From: Candidatus Eiseniibacteriota bacterium
Lineage (GTDB): Bacteria; Eisenbacteria; RBG-16-71-46; CAVPCR01
Assembly: GCA_963823555.1 (NCBI GenBank)
Contig: CAWGMA010000001.1
Coordinates: 1-64,000, forward strand
Direction of reading: 5' to 3'
Length of the DNA stretch: 64,000 nt
The notes under the pieces were generated by a model. That model had not been told where the DNA came from, did not search any database, and worked only from the letters and a program-made list of their open reading frames with translations. The translations under genes and the position numbers were made by a program. Below, piece by piece: positions 36,461-46,613 of the stretch (position 1 is the stretch's first letter; the number at the start of each line of letters is the position of its first letter).

Positions 36461-39400
36461 GGCTCATCCTCCTTGGCGGCCACGACCTCGATGCGGAGCG
36501 GAGCGCTCCGCCCGCGCACCTCGGGGTCATACATGAGCTCGGCTTCGGCCGGCGGCGCGGCGAACTCGCCGGGAGTCGCGGCCCGCGCCAGATACTCGAA
36601 GCGGTAGATCCCCGCCGGCACCACCGGCGCAAAGGCCACGACCCGATCGTCCCGCTGTTCGACATGAAGTACGGGCAAGGCGCCCGCGGTGGCGATCGGG
36701 GACTCGACGTCTTCCCCCTCGTCTCCCTCACCCCACTGCCGGGCAGCGAGCCCGCGTCCCAGCGAGCGGGCGACGGTTTCGAGATCGAGGATCATCGGTT
36801 CGAGTCCGGCCGGGAGCGGGTCCTCGAGCGCGAGGTCGGTCGCGGCGCGCGGCACGACCAGCGTGACTTCGATGCGCACGAGGTCTCCCGTCACCGCCTG
36901 TGCGATCGGTTCCACCGCGGCTGTGGGCGCCATGGAATCGAAGGGGAAGGCAGCGCGGCGAACGATGAGTCCGGCCTCGGCGGCATCGAGGCCCAGAGCC
37001 GGCCGTGCCGACTCGAGGAGGACCATGAGATAGAGGGACGGCCCCGTGCCTTCGCGACCGGATGGAATGATGCGTGCGAGCTCGAGCGGAGAGCTCGCGC
37101 CCGGGGCGAGGCCTTCCATCCCGGCCAGCGGCCACGTCAGGCGAAATGCGGCCTGCGTTCCCGTGCCGCCGAGCTCGCGCTCGAAGAGCGGCCGGGTTCC
37201 GAGCCGGCCGGCGGCGCGGATCGGTGCCGGACCGGGCTCCTCCTCGAGGCGCGCCAGGTCACGGAGCGCCAGCACGGCATGAGCAGTGGCGTGCGTCGAT
37301 CGCCAGTGCCCGCTCCGCCGCTCGGTCGCGAGCCAGCGCGTGAAGGGTTCAACCAGCGGATGGTCGGGCCAGGCCGAGACCAGGACGCGAACAGCCAGCG
37401 CGGTCGCCGACTCGTCGCTCGCGAACGGACCTGCGCCGGTCAGGAAAGCACGGCCGCCGGTCATGCTCACGTCGTTCAGGACCTCGTTCAGGATCTGCCC
37501 CACGCGCGCGTCGAAGCGAGAGGTGAGATTGAGCGCGGCGGCACTGAGGAGCAGGCCCTCCTGGTCCAGGTCGCGGCGGTTGGCATAGAGCCGTTCGAGA
37601 TCCGAGGGGCGCAGGAGACCGCCGAGCGGCGAGCCGGGTACGCGCGCTTCGCGGGCGAGGAGCACGGCGGTCAGGGCATCACCCGTCGCGAAGGGAGGGC
37701 CGCCGTCGGTGGCGCGCATCGGCGGCGGCGTGGGTACCGGGACCGCCTTTCCTCGGCGGCTCTTCTTCGATTGCGGCGGCACGGGCGCGGGTGGGGCCGG
37801 GCGCTTGGCGTCGAAGATCTCCTTCAGATAGCGGCCGAGTTCCTGCAGCCGATCCCGGTCGACCGCCATGCCGGCGTCACGCGCCTCGATGAGGGCGAGG
37901 AGCGTGTAGGCCGAGAGATGAGGATCGGAGCGAAGGGCTTCGGGCCATACCCGGTAGCCGCCATCATAGTGCGAGAGCGCGGCGATCTGGGCCAGCGTGC
38001 GGGTCGCGACGGCGTCACGCCGCTCAGCATCCCAGTCCGGGAGGATGAGGCGCGGCGCGAGCTCGCTGGCCACGGCGAGGGCGATGAGTCGGGATGCATG
38101 CTGTTCGAGGCAGCCATGGGGATAGGCCATGAGATAGGTGAGCGCCGTTTCCATGCCGCCGACGAGAGTCGTGGCTCCCTGAATGGCGAGCGACGAGACG
38201 AGTGGATCGGTGTCGGCGGGGACCACGATCGGCACCGCGGCCATGGAGTCATCACCGGCAATGACTCCGTAGTGGGCGTCGGTGACCATGGTGAGCGGTT
38301 CCTCGACCCGGAACGGGAAGGCGACCGCGTCCTCAGGCAACTCGTCACCCTTCTTGCCGCCCTTCACCGCCCTGGCGCTGAGCCGCACCATCGCCTCACC
38401 TGCTGCGACGGCGCGCACCGAAAAGCCCACCCGGCGGTTCTTCCCGGCCTCGATCGTGACGGTCTGGTCCGTCTTGCCCGATGACGCGAGGGCCGTTCCC
38501 GCGACGCTGAAATCTGCCTTCACTCTCAATTTACTGCTGGTGCGGTTGGTGATGACGGCGCCGGCGGTGAAGGTGTCACCGGCGCGGGCGAGCCGAGGCA
38601 GGAGGGGATCCAGGACCAGCGGGCGGGTCACGGTGAGCGCGGCCTGGCCGTTCCCGACCTGGTCCTTCCTGTCACAGGCGACCGCCATGGCGCGGAACGT
38701 GGTCAGGTTGTCGGGCAGGCGGAAACGGGCTGAGACCTGGCCGTCGGGGCCGGTCAGGAGGTCCGGCATGTAGACCGCGGTCGAGGCGAACAGGCGCCGG
38801 TAGCGCCCGAGATCGCCGCCGCCGCCGCCCGGGGATTCGCCCTTCTCGGTCTCGCCCGGTGTTTCCACCACCTGGAGCGCTTTGGCCGCGTTCATGACGC
38901 CGAGCCCCTGCGTGCGATAGAAGAAGGCGAAGGGATCGGGTGTCTGCGTCCCGAGAAGGCGGAGCACGGCCTCATCGACGAGCATCAGGGCGACCTCGGC
39001 GTCGGCCGGCATTCCATTGGCCCGTGTGACGGCGATCTCGACGGACACCGAGTCGCCGGGCCCGGCCCGGTCCGGTGTCGCGACATGGACCGCCAGGCGG
39101 CGCCGGTCGGGATGGACCGGCAGCAGGGCATAGCCGATCCTGAGCTCGGGGGTCTTCGACCACAAGGTGTCATCCGGCGCGGCGCCGGGTGGGGGCGTGC
39201 TGCCGCGCACGAGGATGACCGACGCGAACACGTTGGGGACCGCGCTCTCGCCCAGTGGAATCTTGAGGGTCGGCGTGGTGGATTGCGCGGTGAACGAGGT
39301 CACCGTCTCGATGCCCTCGCGCTCCACGGTGAGGAGCCCGCGCGCGCTGGGGAAGGGCGACTGGACGAGGATGGTTGCCGTGTCGCCCGGGCTGTAGGCC

Positions 39401-42348
39401 GCACGGTCAGCAACGAGGGTCAGGCGGTTCCCGGTTTCGCGCGACCACGGGACGAATCCTTGGCCGGCCACGTAGATGAAATCGGCGCTCCGGGTCTTCC
39501 GCCCGGCGTGGTCCTCGGCCCAGGCGCGCGCCACATAGGAGCCGGCGTGATCGGGCACGAAGCGAGCCGTGGCCGGCGCGGCGAGGGTCGGCGTCGTCGT
39601 CACCACGGCCGAGTCGATGATCGTTTCCACCAGCTCCGAGTCATAGCCGAGCCGACCCCCGACCATCTGTCGCATGACGGTGTGCCAGCTCCGACTCACC
39701 CACTCGACACGGACCTCGGTCCCCGCCACAGCGGAACCGGCGAGCGACATGGCCACCACGGCCACATCAACCGGCTGCCCGGCGCGGGCGAGGGACGGCG
39801 TGCCGCGGACACCGAGCAGGAGGTCGGCCGGGTACCAGTTGGCGGTGGCATGCGCCGCGATCGCCCGCCCGCCGGGATCGAGCGCCTGCGCCTCGACCTC
39901 GATCGATTGCGGGGTTGTCACCTCGGGAATTGCCAGCTCCGCGGCAAGCTGCGCCTCACCGCGGGAATCGAGCTTGGCGCTCGCGGTGGTGAGGAGCTGC
40001 CAGGAGGTCTCCTCCAGACCCGGATCGGTGAAGGCGTATCCGGCGAGAGTGTCGCCGGTTGCCGCCGGAAGAGCGAAGCTCTGCTCGCGACGAATGGCGA
40101 GGGAGACCGGCGAGTCGGAGAGCGGCGAGTCGAAGAACGTGCGGGCGATCACGCGGGCCGTGAGCGAGTCGCCGCGCACGAGGGTGAGGGGCTTTCCGGC
40201 TGGACTCGGCCCCCGCGGGCCGGAGAGGGCGACATCCACCTTGAACGCGGCCGGGCGGAAGGCCTCGACGCGGAATCCGAGCGAGCCGCGAAGCTCCACG
40301 TCGCCAGCGGCGACTCCGACCGGCTCGATGTTGGCCCAGTAGTAGCCGAGGGCCGCTGCGCCGGAGAGCGCGATGGCCGTCGAGAAGCTGCCGAAAGGGG
40401 AGAGTCCGATGCGTTGATCGAGAACGGTGTCACCATAGGGATTCATGACCTTGAGCATGAGCGAGTCCAGCGGGGCGCGGCCGAGGCCGCCGCGATCGCG
40501 CCCGCGCACGATGCCTTTCACGCGCACGGTCTCCCCCGGGCGGTAGAGCTCCCGATCCGTGAACAGGAAGCTCTCCGCGCGCCGGGGTGCGCTGGCGTAG
40601 TCGCCGGGCAGATTGAATGACCACGGGGAAAGCTCCCAGTCGGTATCGATGCCGAGAATCGTCATGTCGGGCCCGCGGCGCGCGAGGAGGGTCCAGCCCT
40701 CGGCCCGCCGCCATGGGGCGGGGGTGGCGCCGCGTGCGAGACCTTCCCGGTCCGTTCTCCCGCGCCAGACCGTGGCCCCTTCCGTGGTGAAGATCTCAAG
40801 GTCGACGCCGGCCAGCGGCTCGCCGGTGTGGAGCGAAGTGGCCCATACCACGATGTCGCTCGCCGAGACCTTGGCGACGAGCCCGAGATCGGTGATCTGG
40901 ATCAGCGAATAGCGTGCCGGAAGGGTGTCGGGGACACCCGTCGCCGGATGGGCGAGGCGGTCGGGGCTCGAGGCGCGGACGAGGACGAAGCCGCCTGCGT
41001 CGCGCGGCACGAGCTCACCGAGGTCGATCGGGATGCGCCCGCGCTCGTTGCGTGCAGTCTCGAGACGAACCGTACGCTGAACGGGGCGGGTGCCGGCGAA
41101 GGGATCGAACTCGCCCGCCGTCATGGCCCAGGGCCGGCGAGCGATGGCGGCCGCCTGCTCCGGGGTCAGCGTCGCCGTGCGCACGGTCACGTGCTGGACG
41201 TTGACGGTCCGGATGATCGCGCTCCGCCGCTCCGTCCTGGTTTCGAGCACCGCGTTCTCCGGCAATATTTCAAACATGGGCGCGATATCTTGCGTGGTCA
41301 AGGTGAGGGCGGAGGTCATGGGCAGTGTCTGGCCGAACTGATCGATGAGCCCGGCACGAACTTCGACACGGAGTGATTGCCCGGGTGCGAGTCGCGTGCC
41401 GAGATGGACCCGGGTCCGGGGGGCCCGTCCATAGGCCTCGATCGGGCTGTCGGGGATGACGGCCGGCCCGGAGAGGCGGAGATGGGCGGCGAGGGACTCC
41501 GGCTCGACCGGTGTCGTCATCTCGAGAGTGAGCCCGAACTCATCGGCTTCCCCCTTGACCAGGCCGAGCGGGCCGTAGGTGGCGAACTGGGCGGTGTAGG
41601 GTTTCGCGAGCGGCAGCGGACCCTCGTCGGCAAGCGGTGCCGTGGCGATCTGGACCTCGATCTCGGTCCCGGCGGGAAGCGGCTTCCGCGGGCGCAAGAG
41701 GACGATCTCGTCCAGGTCCGTCACGGGGAGCGGTGGCATTCCGGCCAGATCCGTGGAGTCGGGATGGACGCAGGTGGCCGCGATCCACTGGCCGCCCGCG
41801 GTCACGGTGACCGCTTGACACACGCGGCCGAGGTCGACTGGCTGATTGAACGCGAGTGCGATGGGGCCCTCGGGGCCAAGCAGGTGCGATCCTGGAGGAG
41901 GGTGGATGGCGATGACCGCCGGGGGAGGGGTCGAGAAGGTCCATTCGCTCGCTCGGCCGAGCGCTTTGCCTTCGGCATCGGTGACTCCGGCCGGTACCAC
42001 GCCGCGAAAGGTGGTTGCCCGCGGCAAGGGGCGTTCGGGAACGAAGCGGAGAGCGCGGGTGCCCACCCACATGAAGCGCCCGGGAACCGGCGGCTCGATC
42101 TGGACGAGGCCGGCCTCGTCGCCGCGCATCTCCTGGCCCAGCGGCCGCATGGCGTGGCTGAAGAGCACATCGACCGTCGGCACCTCGTTCACCGCTCCGG
42201 TCGGCAGCGTGAATTCGACGCCGAACTGGTTGGGCCGGCCGGCGCCATCGGGGGAATCGGCGCTCTGTCCGGGAATCGAGGCCAGGAGAACCGCGAGGGC
42301 GAGGAGGCCGAGAGCGCCGGGCCAGGCCCGGCTGCCGGGGAATCGCAT
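36457..42348 (-). CDS. Bacterial alpha-2-macroglobulin family protein
   Basis: About 1960 aa; FTDRELYRPGE, FRVEAFRP, LPDNLTTFR, thioester motif YPHGCLEQ (near 38101-38121), EDPLPAGLEP, PPAEAELMYDPE. Confidence 0.95.
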   Translation of the reverse strand: MRFPGSRAWPGALGLLALAVLLASIPGQSADSPDGAGRPNQFGVEFTLPTGAVNEVPTVDVLFSHAMRPLGQEMRGDEAGLVQIEPPVPGRFMWVGTRALRFVPERPLPRATTFRGVVPAGVTDAEGKALGRASEWTFSTPPPAVIAIHPPPGSHLLGPEGPIALAFNQPVDLGRVCQAVTVTAGGQWIAATCVHPDSTDLAGMPPLPVTDLDEIVLLRPRKPLPAGTEIEVQIATAPLADEGPLPLAKPYTAQFATYGPLGLVKGEADEFGLTLEMTTPVEPESLAAHLRLSGPAVIPDSPIEAYGRAPRTRVHLGTRLAPGQSLRVEVRAGLIDQFGQTLPMTSALTLTTQDIAPMFEILPENAVLETRTERRSAIIRTVNVQHVTVRTATLTPEQAAAIARRPWAMTAGEFDPFAGTRPVQRTVRLETARNERGRIPIDLGELVPRDAGGFVLVRASSPDRLAHPATGVPDTLPARYSLIQITDLGLVAKVSASDIVVWATSLHTGEPLAGVDLEIFTTEGATVWRGRTDREGLARGATPAPWRRAEGWTLLARRGPDMTILGIDTDWELSPWSFNLPGDYASAPRRAESFLFTDRELYRPGETVRVKGIVRGRDRGGLGRAPLDSLMLKVMNPYGDTVLDQRIGLSPFGSFSTAIALSGAAALGYYWANIEPVGVAAGDVELRGSLGFRVEAFRPAAFKVDVALSGPRGPSPAGKPLTLVRGDSLTARVIARTFFDSPLSDSPVSLAIRREQSFALPAATGDTLAGYAFTDPGLEETSWQLLTTASAKLDSRGEAQLAAELAIPEVTTPQSIEVEAQALDPGGRAIAAHATANWYPADLLLGVRGTPSLARAGQPVDVAVVAMSLAGSAVAGTEVRVEWVSRSWHTVMRQMVGGRLGYDSELVETIIDSAVVTTTPTLAAPATARFVPDHAGSYVARAWAEDHAGRKTRSADFIYVAGQGFVPWSRETGNRLTLVADRAAYSPGDTATILVQSPFPSARGLLTVEREGIETVTSFTAQSTTPTLKIPLGESAVPNVFASVILVRGSTPPPGAAPDDTLWSKTPELRIGYALLPVHPDRRRLAVHVATPDRAGPGDSVSVEIAVTRANGMPADAEVALMLVDEAVLRLLGTQTPDPFAFFYRTQGLGVMNAAKALQVVETPGETEKGESPGGGGGDLGRYRRLFASTAVYMPDLLTGPDGQVSARFRLPDNLTTFRAMAVACDRKDQVGNGQAALTVTRPLVLDPLLPRLARAGDTFTAGAVITNRTSSKLRVKADFSVAGTALASSGKTDQTVTIEAGKNRRVGFSVRAVAAGEAMVRLSARAVKGGKKGDELPEDAVAFPFRVEEPLTMVTDAHYGVIAGDDSMAAVPIVVPADTDPLVSSLAIQGATTLVGGMETALTYLMAYPHGCLEQHASRLIALAVASELAPRLILPDWDAERRDAVATRTLAQIAALSHYDGGYRVWPEALRSDPHLSAYTLLALIEARDAGMAVDRDRLQELGRYLKEIFDAKRPAPPAPVPPQSKKSRRGKAVPVPTPPPMRATDGGPPFATGDALTAVLLAREARVPGSPLGGLLRPSDLERLYANRRDLDQEGLLLSAAALNLTSRFDARVGQILNEVLNDVSMTGGRAFLTGAGPFASDESATALAVRVLVSAWPDHPLVEPFTRWLATERRSGHWRSTHATAHAVLALRDLARLEEEPGPAPIRAAGRLGTRPLFERELGGTGTQAAFRLTWPLAGMEGLAPGASSPLELARIIPSGREGTGPSLYLMVLLESARPALGLDAAEAGLIVRRAAFPFDSMAPTAAVEPIAQAVTGDLVRIEVTLVVPRAATDLALEDPLPAGLEPMILDLETVARSLGRGLAARQWGEGDEGEDVESPIATAGALPVLHVEQRDDRVVAFAPVVPAGIYRFEYLARAATPGEFAAPPAEAELMYDPEVRGRSAPLRIEVVAAKEDEP

Positions 42349-42507
42349 GCATGGACCTCGTCGATCGGGTGGATGCGCTGACCGCGCCCTGCTCGAGCAG
42401 GATGCTCTCAGGGCGGGAACGCTAGCACAGGCGCGGTGGGTGGCGGCAAAGCGAAGCGGGGCGGCCAAGAGGCCGCCCCGCCGGGAAACACGTCTGGTGT
42501 GTCTGGA

Positions 42508-45500
42508 CTAGCGCACGAGCGTCATCTGACGCACCTGCATGAAGTCGCCGGTCTCGAGCCGCATGAAGTAGATGCCCGAGGCGGCGGCCCTTCCATCCAC
42601 TGTGCGGCCATCCCAGGCCATCTCGTGCGTGCCGGCTTCGACCACTCCGTCCACGAGCGTGCGCACCAGCCGCCCCGAAACGTCGTAGATGCGGAGCGAG
42701 GCCGGTCCGTTCTCGGCAATCCGGAAGCTGATCGTCGTTCGTGGGTTGAACGGATTCGGCCGGCATGGCTCCAGGCCGCTCTGGCGCAGCACCTCCGGGG
42801 AATCGAGAGCCAATGGCGTGTTGTCCTGATTGACCGGCAGGAACTTGATGGCGCGACCGGTGGTCACCGTGGCGGCGCCCAGCGGATAGCGGTTGAAGTA
42901 GGTGTAGAGGAGGCCTTCGGTGTTGGTCTCGTTCTCGATCCCGACCGTGGCGTACCCATCCGTGCCGTCCGTGCTCACCGCCTGGTTGTACTGGAAGATG
43001 ATGATCCCGTCACCGGTATCGGTCGGGTGGTAGGCCGGGTCATACAGGATTGCCTCGAAGGTCTCGATGTGACCGCCGACGAGGTTCCTGAAGCGGCTCC
43101 ACTCGACGATCCAGCGATGATTGACCGCGTCGTACTTCTGGAAGCACTTGGAGGTGCCGGAGAGCTGGTAAAGCTCGTCCCAGAAGACGGCCAGCATCGC
43201 CGCCGGTCCGCCGGCGCCGGGAATCGTCCAGTTGCGGTAGCTCGTCAGATAGGTCTCGCCCATCGAGAGCCAGCCGTTGGAGCAGATCGTCGCCCTGGTG
43301 TAGTCCTGGCCGTAGTACTGGAAGGTGAACGGCATATCGACGATCCGCGACCTGTCCTGCGTGTCGCCGTAGTCGCCGAGCACGACCTCCGTGCCGTCGC
43401 CACCATAGGCCGGATCCAGCTCGACCCAGCTATAGGTGGGGGCCTCCGGATAGCTGGTGTCGGTGTTGTCGAAGGCGTAGTAGCCGTAGGAGTCGGGACC
43501 GACCGGATCGGTGGTGGCCCGCGCACCGACCGTGAGTGCCAGCATCGTGGTGTCGGTGACCCCACCCGAGAACTGGATGATCAACATGAAGTTGGCGAGA
43601 TGGCCGCCGTAGGTGTTCGAGGCCGCGGTGAGCGTGAAGCGATCCCCGGCGTTGTTGCCGTTGCCGCCGGCCGGGATGGCGCCGAAGCTTCCATTCGGGT
43701 CCGTGACCGTGATGAAGCGGGAGAACGGCACCAGGGTGCCGGTCACCGCGTCAGCCGCCATGCCGCCGTCATTGTTGAGGACGAGGCTCATCTCCACGGT
43801 CTCACCCGGATCGAGCCGCCCGTTGCCCGAGTTGTAGAGGGTGATCAATCCTGCCGTGAGATCGGCCGAGACCACCGTGAGGTCGATGAGCGAGTGGAAC
43901 TGGCCCTCGGTTGCGGTCACGTCGAGCCCGAACCGGATCACGTGACCATCGGGACAGCCGGGAGCGACCTCGAAGTCGAAGTCATCGACCGTCCAGGCCG
44001 AGTTGCCAGCGAGGATATTGGGAAAGGTCTCGTTGCCGTCGGTGATCGTGACGTACGGATCGCTCGAGGTGAGCGTCGCGCTGATCGCAGTGGCCGGTGC
44101 GGAGCCCCAGTTGTGCACCTGGGTCTTGAGCCCGATGGCCTCGCCGGGATTCACGACGCCATCGCCGGAGCCCGTTGCGTCATTGATGAGTGATGAGAGA
44201 TAGCCGACATGGACGTTCGAAGCACCGACGGAGATCGTCGCCATGTATGGCTGCACATCGTGCTTGGTCACGGTCAACTGCATGCTGCCGTTTGTTGCCG
44301 TGTTGATCGGCAGCTCGACGCGTCCTTGCGCGTCGGTGTAGCCGACGGCATAGGTCTCCGTGCCCTTGGCCAGGCACACCTGCGCCCCCTCGACGGGAGA
44401 ACCTCCTGATGCCACTTCGATAGCCGCGGCATTGGCGCCGATGGCGATCGTCGCCGGATGCGTCACGGCCAGCGGCTCGGGGAAGGCGGTCCACACGTCC
44501 ACCGCCGGATCGCCCATCAGATTAGGCCAGTAGGCGTAGATCTCCGCCCAGTTCGGCAGCACCGTGTAGTAGTTGAGGAAGTTCTCCATCTTGCCGCGGG
44601 TGAGCGCGGCGCCCATGGTGTTGAGACGATCCTCGATGAGCCCATGCATCGTCCCGAAGAAGAGGCAGTTGTTGTAGCGGGTATGAGTGCCGAGGGTGGC
44701 GAGGCCGATGGCGCCGATGGCGCCCTTGGGCTGATCGACCCCGACCCCCGCTCGCAGGAAGCCCTCGGAGCGCGCGGTCGAGCTGGCGAAGGAACCGGTG
44801 CCACAGGTTATGATGGCGGCGAACGGCATCTTCCAGCCGTTGGTGAGCTGGTAGGTGTTGGCGTTCGACCAGCCGCTCATGCCGACCCACCCGCGGTAGC
44901 CGATGATGGCATCGCCGCGGTTGAACGCGGTCGTCATCTGGCTCACGTAGGGCGATGTGAACACGGTATCGACCGCAGTGAACCCGATTTCCATGAGCCC
45001 GGTCTTCAACCACTGCATGCACTCGATGGTGCTCGGGCCCGAGCTCGCGGGGTCACCCACCCCGCAGGCGCGGGTGAACCAGGTCGGGTCCTGGATGTAG
45101 GGCTGGCTCTCGTAGTTGACGGTCTTGTTGACGATGAGTAGCAGCTCGGTGAGCGAGCTGAAGGAGAGCCGGCCGATGTGGGCATCGCCGAGGATGTCGT
45201 TGCCGGCGAGCGTCGTGTAGGGGTGATCGCCCTCGCCGTTGTAGCCGCTCAGGTTCTCGTACCAGGTCGGTATCGAGTAGGGGGCCTGGGCGTCCCCGGC
45301 GAGGACCACGTACTCGGGAGGCACCGGCCAGTTGTTGAAGGCGTTCTGGATGTAGGCCTTGATCTGCGTGTTCTGCGTTCCGGTTTCGGCCGTCGTGGCA
45401 ACAACGGCCGGGCTCCCCTTGCGCTGCCGCCAGGCGACCAGGTGCGAGAGGCGATTGGTGACCGCGGTGTCGCTGGGGCAGATCACGAGCCACGTGCCCG

Positions 45501-46197
45501 GAGCGACCGTGGCCCCGAGAGCCTCGGCTCCCGGATAGTTGATCACGAGGCTCCGGTAGAGACGATCGAAGCTCGGAGGAATGGTGCTATGCCGGACCGG
45601 GCGCGAATTGGTTGCATTGTCGCCAGTGAACTCGATCGTGACGTCCATCTCGCGGGTCACGGCGAGCGTTGCCGCCGCCGGGTCATAGTGGACCGGCTGG
45701 AAGGTGACGGCGACCACGCGCAGATCGCGCAGGATCATGGGCTCGCTGACGAGGACATCCGCCGCGGTCTCGTAACCGTCGCGCGCATAGGCTGCTGGAT
45801 CGTAGGCGAAGGCGCTGCCGTCACCATCCTGAAGGGGGGCGAGACGGATCCCGGTCCATTGCTCCCGCTCCTTGGAGACGGCGTGGGCCACCACATCCAT
45901 GCCATCGGGCACCGCGACGAGTCGGGTGAAGGTGGGAACGGCCGGCGCGCCGACCTCCCCCTTCAGTCCGCCGCCCTCGAACTGGGCAACGTGGAATTCG
46001 CGACCATCCACCATGACGCTCTCGACTGCGAAGTCGGGCAGCCCGACGGTGAGGATCACGCCGCGGTCGTCGGCCCTCTGAACCTCGAGCACGGGGGAAA
46101 CGGCTTTGGGCTCATGGTTTGCGGCCTGGACGGGGTGGGTGACGAGCAGGGCGGCGAGCAGGCTCAGGGCGAACCCGGCGGATGCGATGCCACGCAT
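42508..46197 (-). CDS. Gingipain-like C25 family protein with propeptide and FlgD-Ig domain (YRGW variant)
   Basis: Signal peptide; GAPAVP propeptide; YVVLAGD, DHPY..IGRLS, YRGW, ITCGTG, KGAIGAIG, NLMGDP; PNPFNP..WDGR tail. Confidence 0.9.
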   Translation of the reverse strand: MRGIASAGFALSLLAALLVTHPVQAANHEPKAVSPVLEVQRADDRGVILTVGLPDFAVESVMVDGREFHVAQFEGGGLKGEVGAPAVPTFTRLVAVPDGMDVVAHAVSKEREQWTGIRLAPLQDGDGSAFAYDPAAYARDGYETAADVLVSEPMILRDLRVVAVTFQPVHYDPAAATLAVTREMDVTIEFTGDNATNSRPVRHSTIPPSFDRLYRSLVINYPGAEALGATVAPGTWLVICPSDTAVTNRLSHLVAWRQRKGSPAVVATTAETGTQNTQIKAYIQNAFNNWPVPPEYVVLAGDAQAPYSIPTWYENLSGYNGEGDHPYTTLAGNDILGDAHIGRLSFSSLTELLLIVNKTVNYESQPYIQDPTWFTRACGVGDPASSGPSTIECMQWLKTGLMEIGFTAVDTVFTSPYVSQMTTAFNRGDAIIGYRGWVGMSGWSNANTYQLTNGWKMPFAAIITCGTGSFASSTARSEGFLRAGVGVDQPKGAIGAIGLATLGTHTRYNNCLFFGTMHGLIEDRLNTMGAALTRGKMENFLNYYTVLPNWAEIYAYWPNLMGDPAVDVWTAFPEPLAVTHPATIAIGANAAAIEVASGGSPVEGAQVCLAKGTETYAVGYTDAQGRVELPINTATNGSMQLTVTKHDVQPYMATISVGASNVHVGYLSSLINDATGSGDGVVNPGEAIGLKTQVHNWGSAPATAISATLTSSDPYVTITDGNETFPNILAGNSAWTVDDFDFEVAPGCPDGHVIRFGLDVTATEGQFHSLIDLTVVSADLTAGLITLYNSGNGRLDPGETVEMSLVLNNDGGMAADAVTGTLVPFSRFITVTDPNGSFGAIPAGGNGNNAGDRFTLTAASNTYGGHLANFMLIIQFSGGVTDTTMLALTVGARATTDPVGPDSYGYYAFDNTDTSYPEAPTYSWVELDPAYGGDGTEVVLGDYGDTQDRSRIVDMPFTFQYYGQDYTRATICSNGWLSMGETYLTSYRNWTIPGAGGPAAMLAVFWDELYQLSGTSKCFQKYDAVNHRWIVEWSRFRNLVGGHIETFEAILYDPAYHPTDTGDGIIIFQYNQAVSTDGTDGYATVGIENETNTEGLLYTYFNRYPLGAATVTTGRAIKFLPVNQDNTPLALDSPEVLRQSGLEPCRPNPFNPRTTISFRIAENGPASLRIYDVSGRLVRTLVDGVVEAGTHEMAWDGRTVDGRAAASGIYFMRLETGDFMQVRQMTLVR

Positions 46198-46330
46198 GGA
46201 CTTCCTCCGGCGAGGTGGGGGTCGGCTCGTTGGCGGCGCGAAACGTGAAACGGCCGTTGAAGGCCAAGACTATTATGGCGCAACCGGCGGTGCCACGCGT
46301 GGCGAAAGTGGTCTGGAATGGACATTCTTT

Positions 46331-46347
46331 TTGAGACTGGTTCTCAA
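46331..46347. promoter_or_regulatory. Perfect 6-5-6 palindrome (Fur-box-like) in a divergent promoter region
   Basis: TTGAGA-CTGGT-TCTCAA. Confidence 0.45.
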
Positions 46348-46613
46348 GTGCAATCTCAAGAGCCCGACTCTGCCTGCAATCGAGGTGGAAGATTTCGCGC
46401 TTTCGCTCGTCGCTGAGGCTGGCATGCATATAGAATGAAATGTGGGCCGTGGGGCCCGGGCCGGAAGCCGGCGCTGCGGTGAGGCCGATCTCGAGCTGTG
46501 GCTGGGCTTTGGATCCGACTCGACTCGAGACCCTGACCTCGGTGCTGGATCCGGCATGTATTTTGAACCGAGCCCAGCAACATTTGAGAGTGCCATCCGC
46601 AGGGGGTTGTGCG

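Noticed and set aside
46280..46295. Sigma54 promoter TGGCAC...TTGC for the first C25 gene
   Set aside because: The GG-to-GC spacing is 11 nt rather than the required 10.
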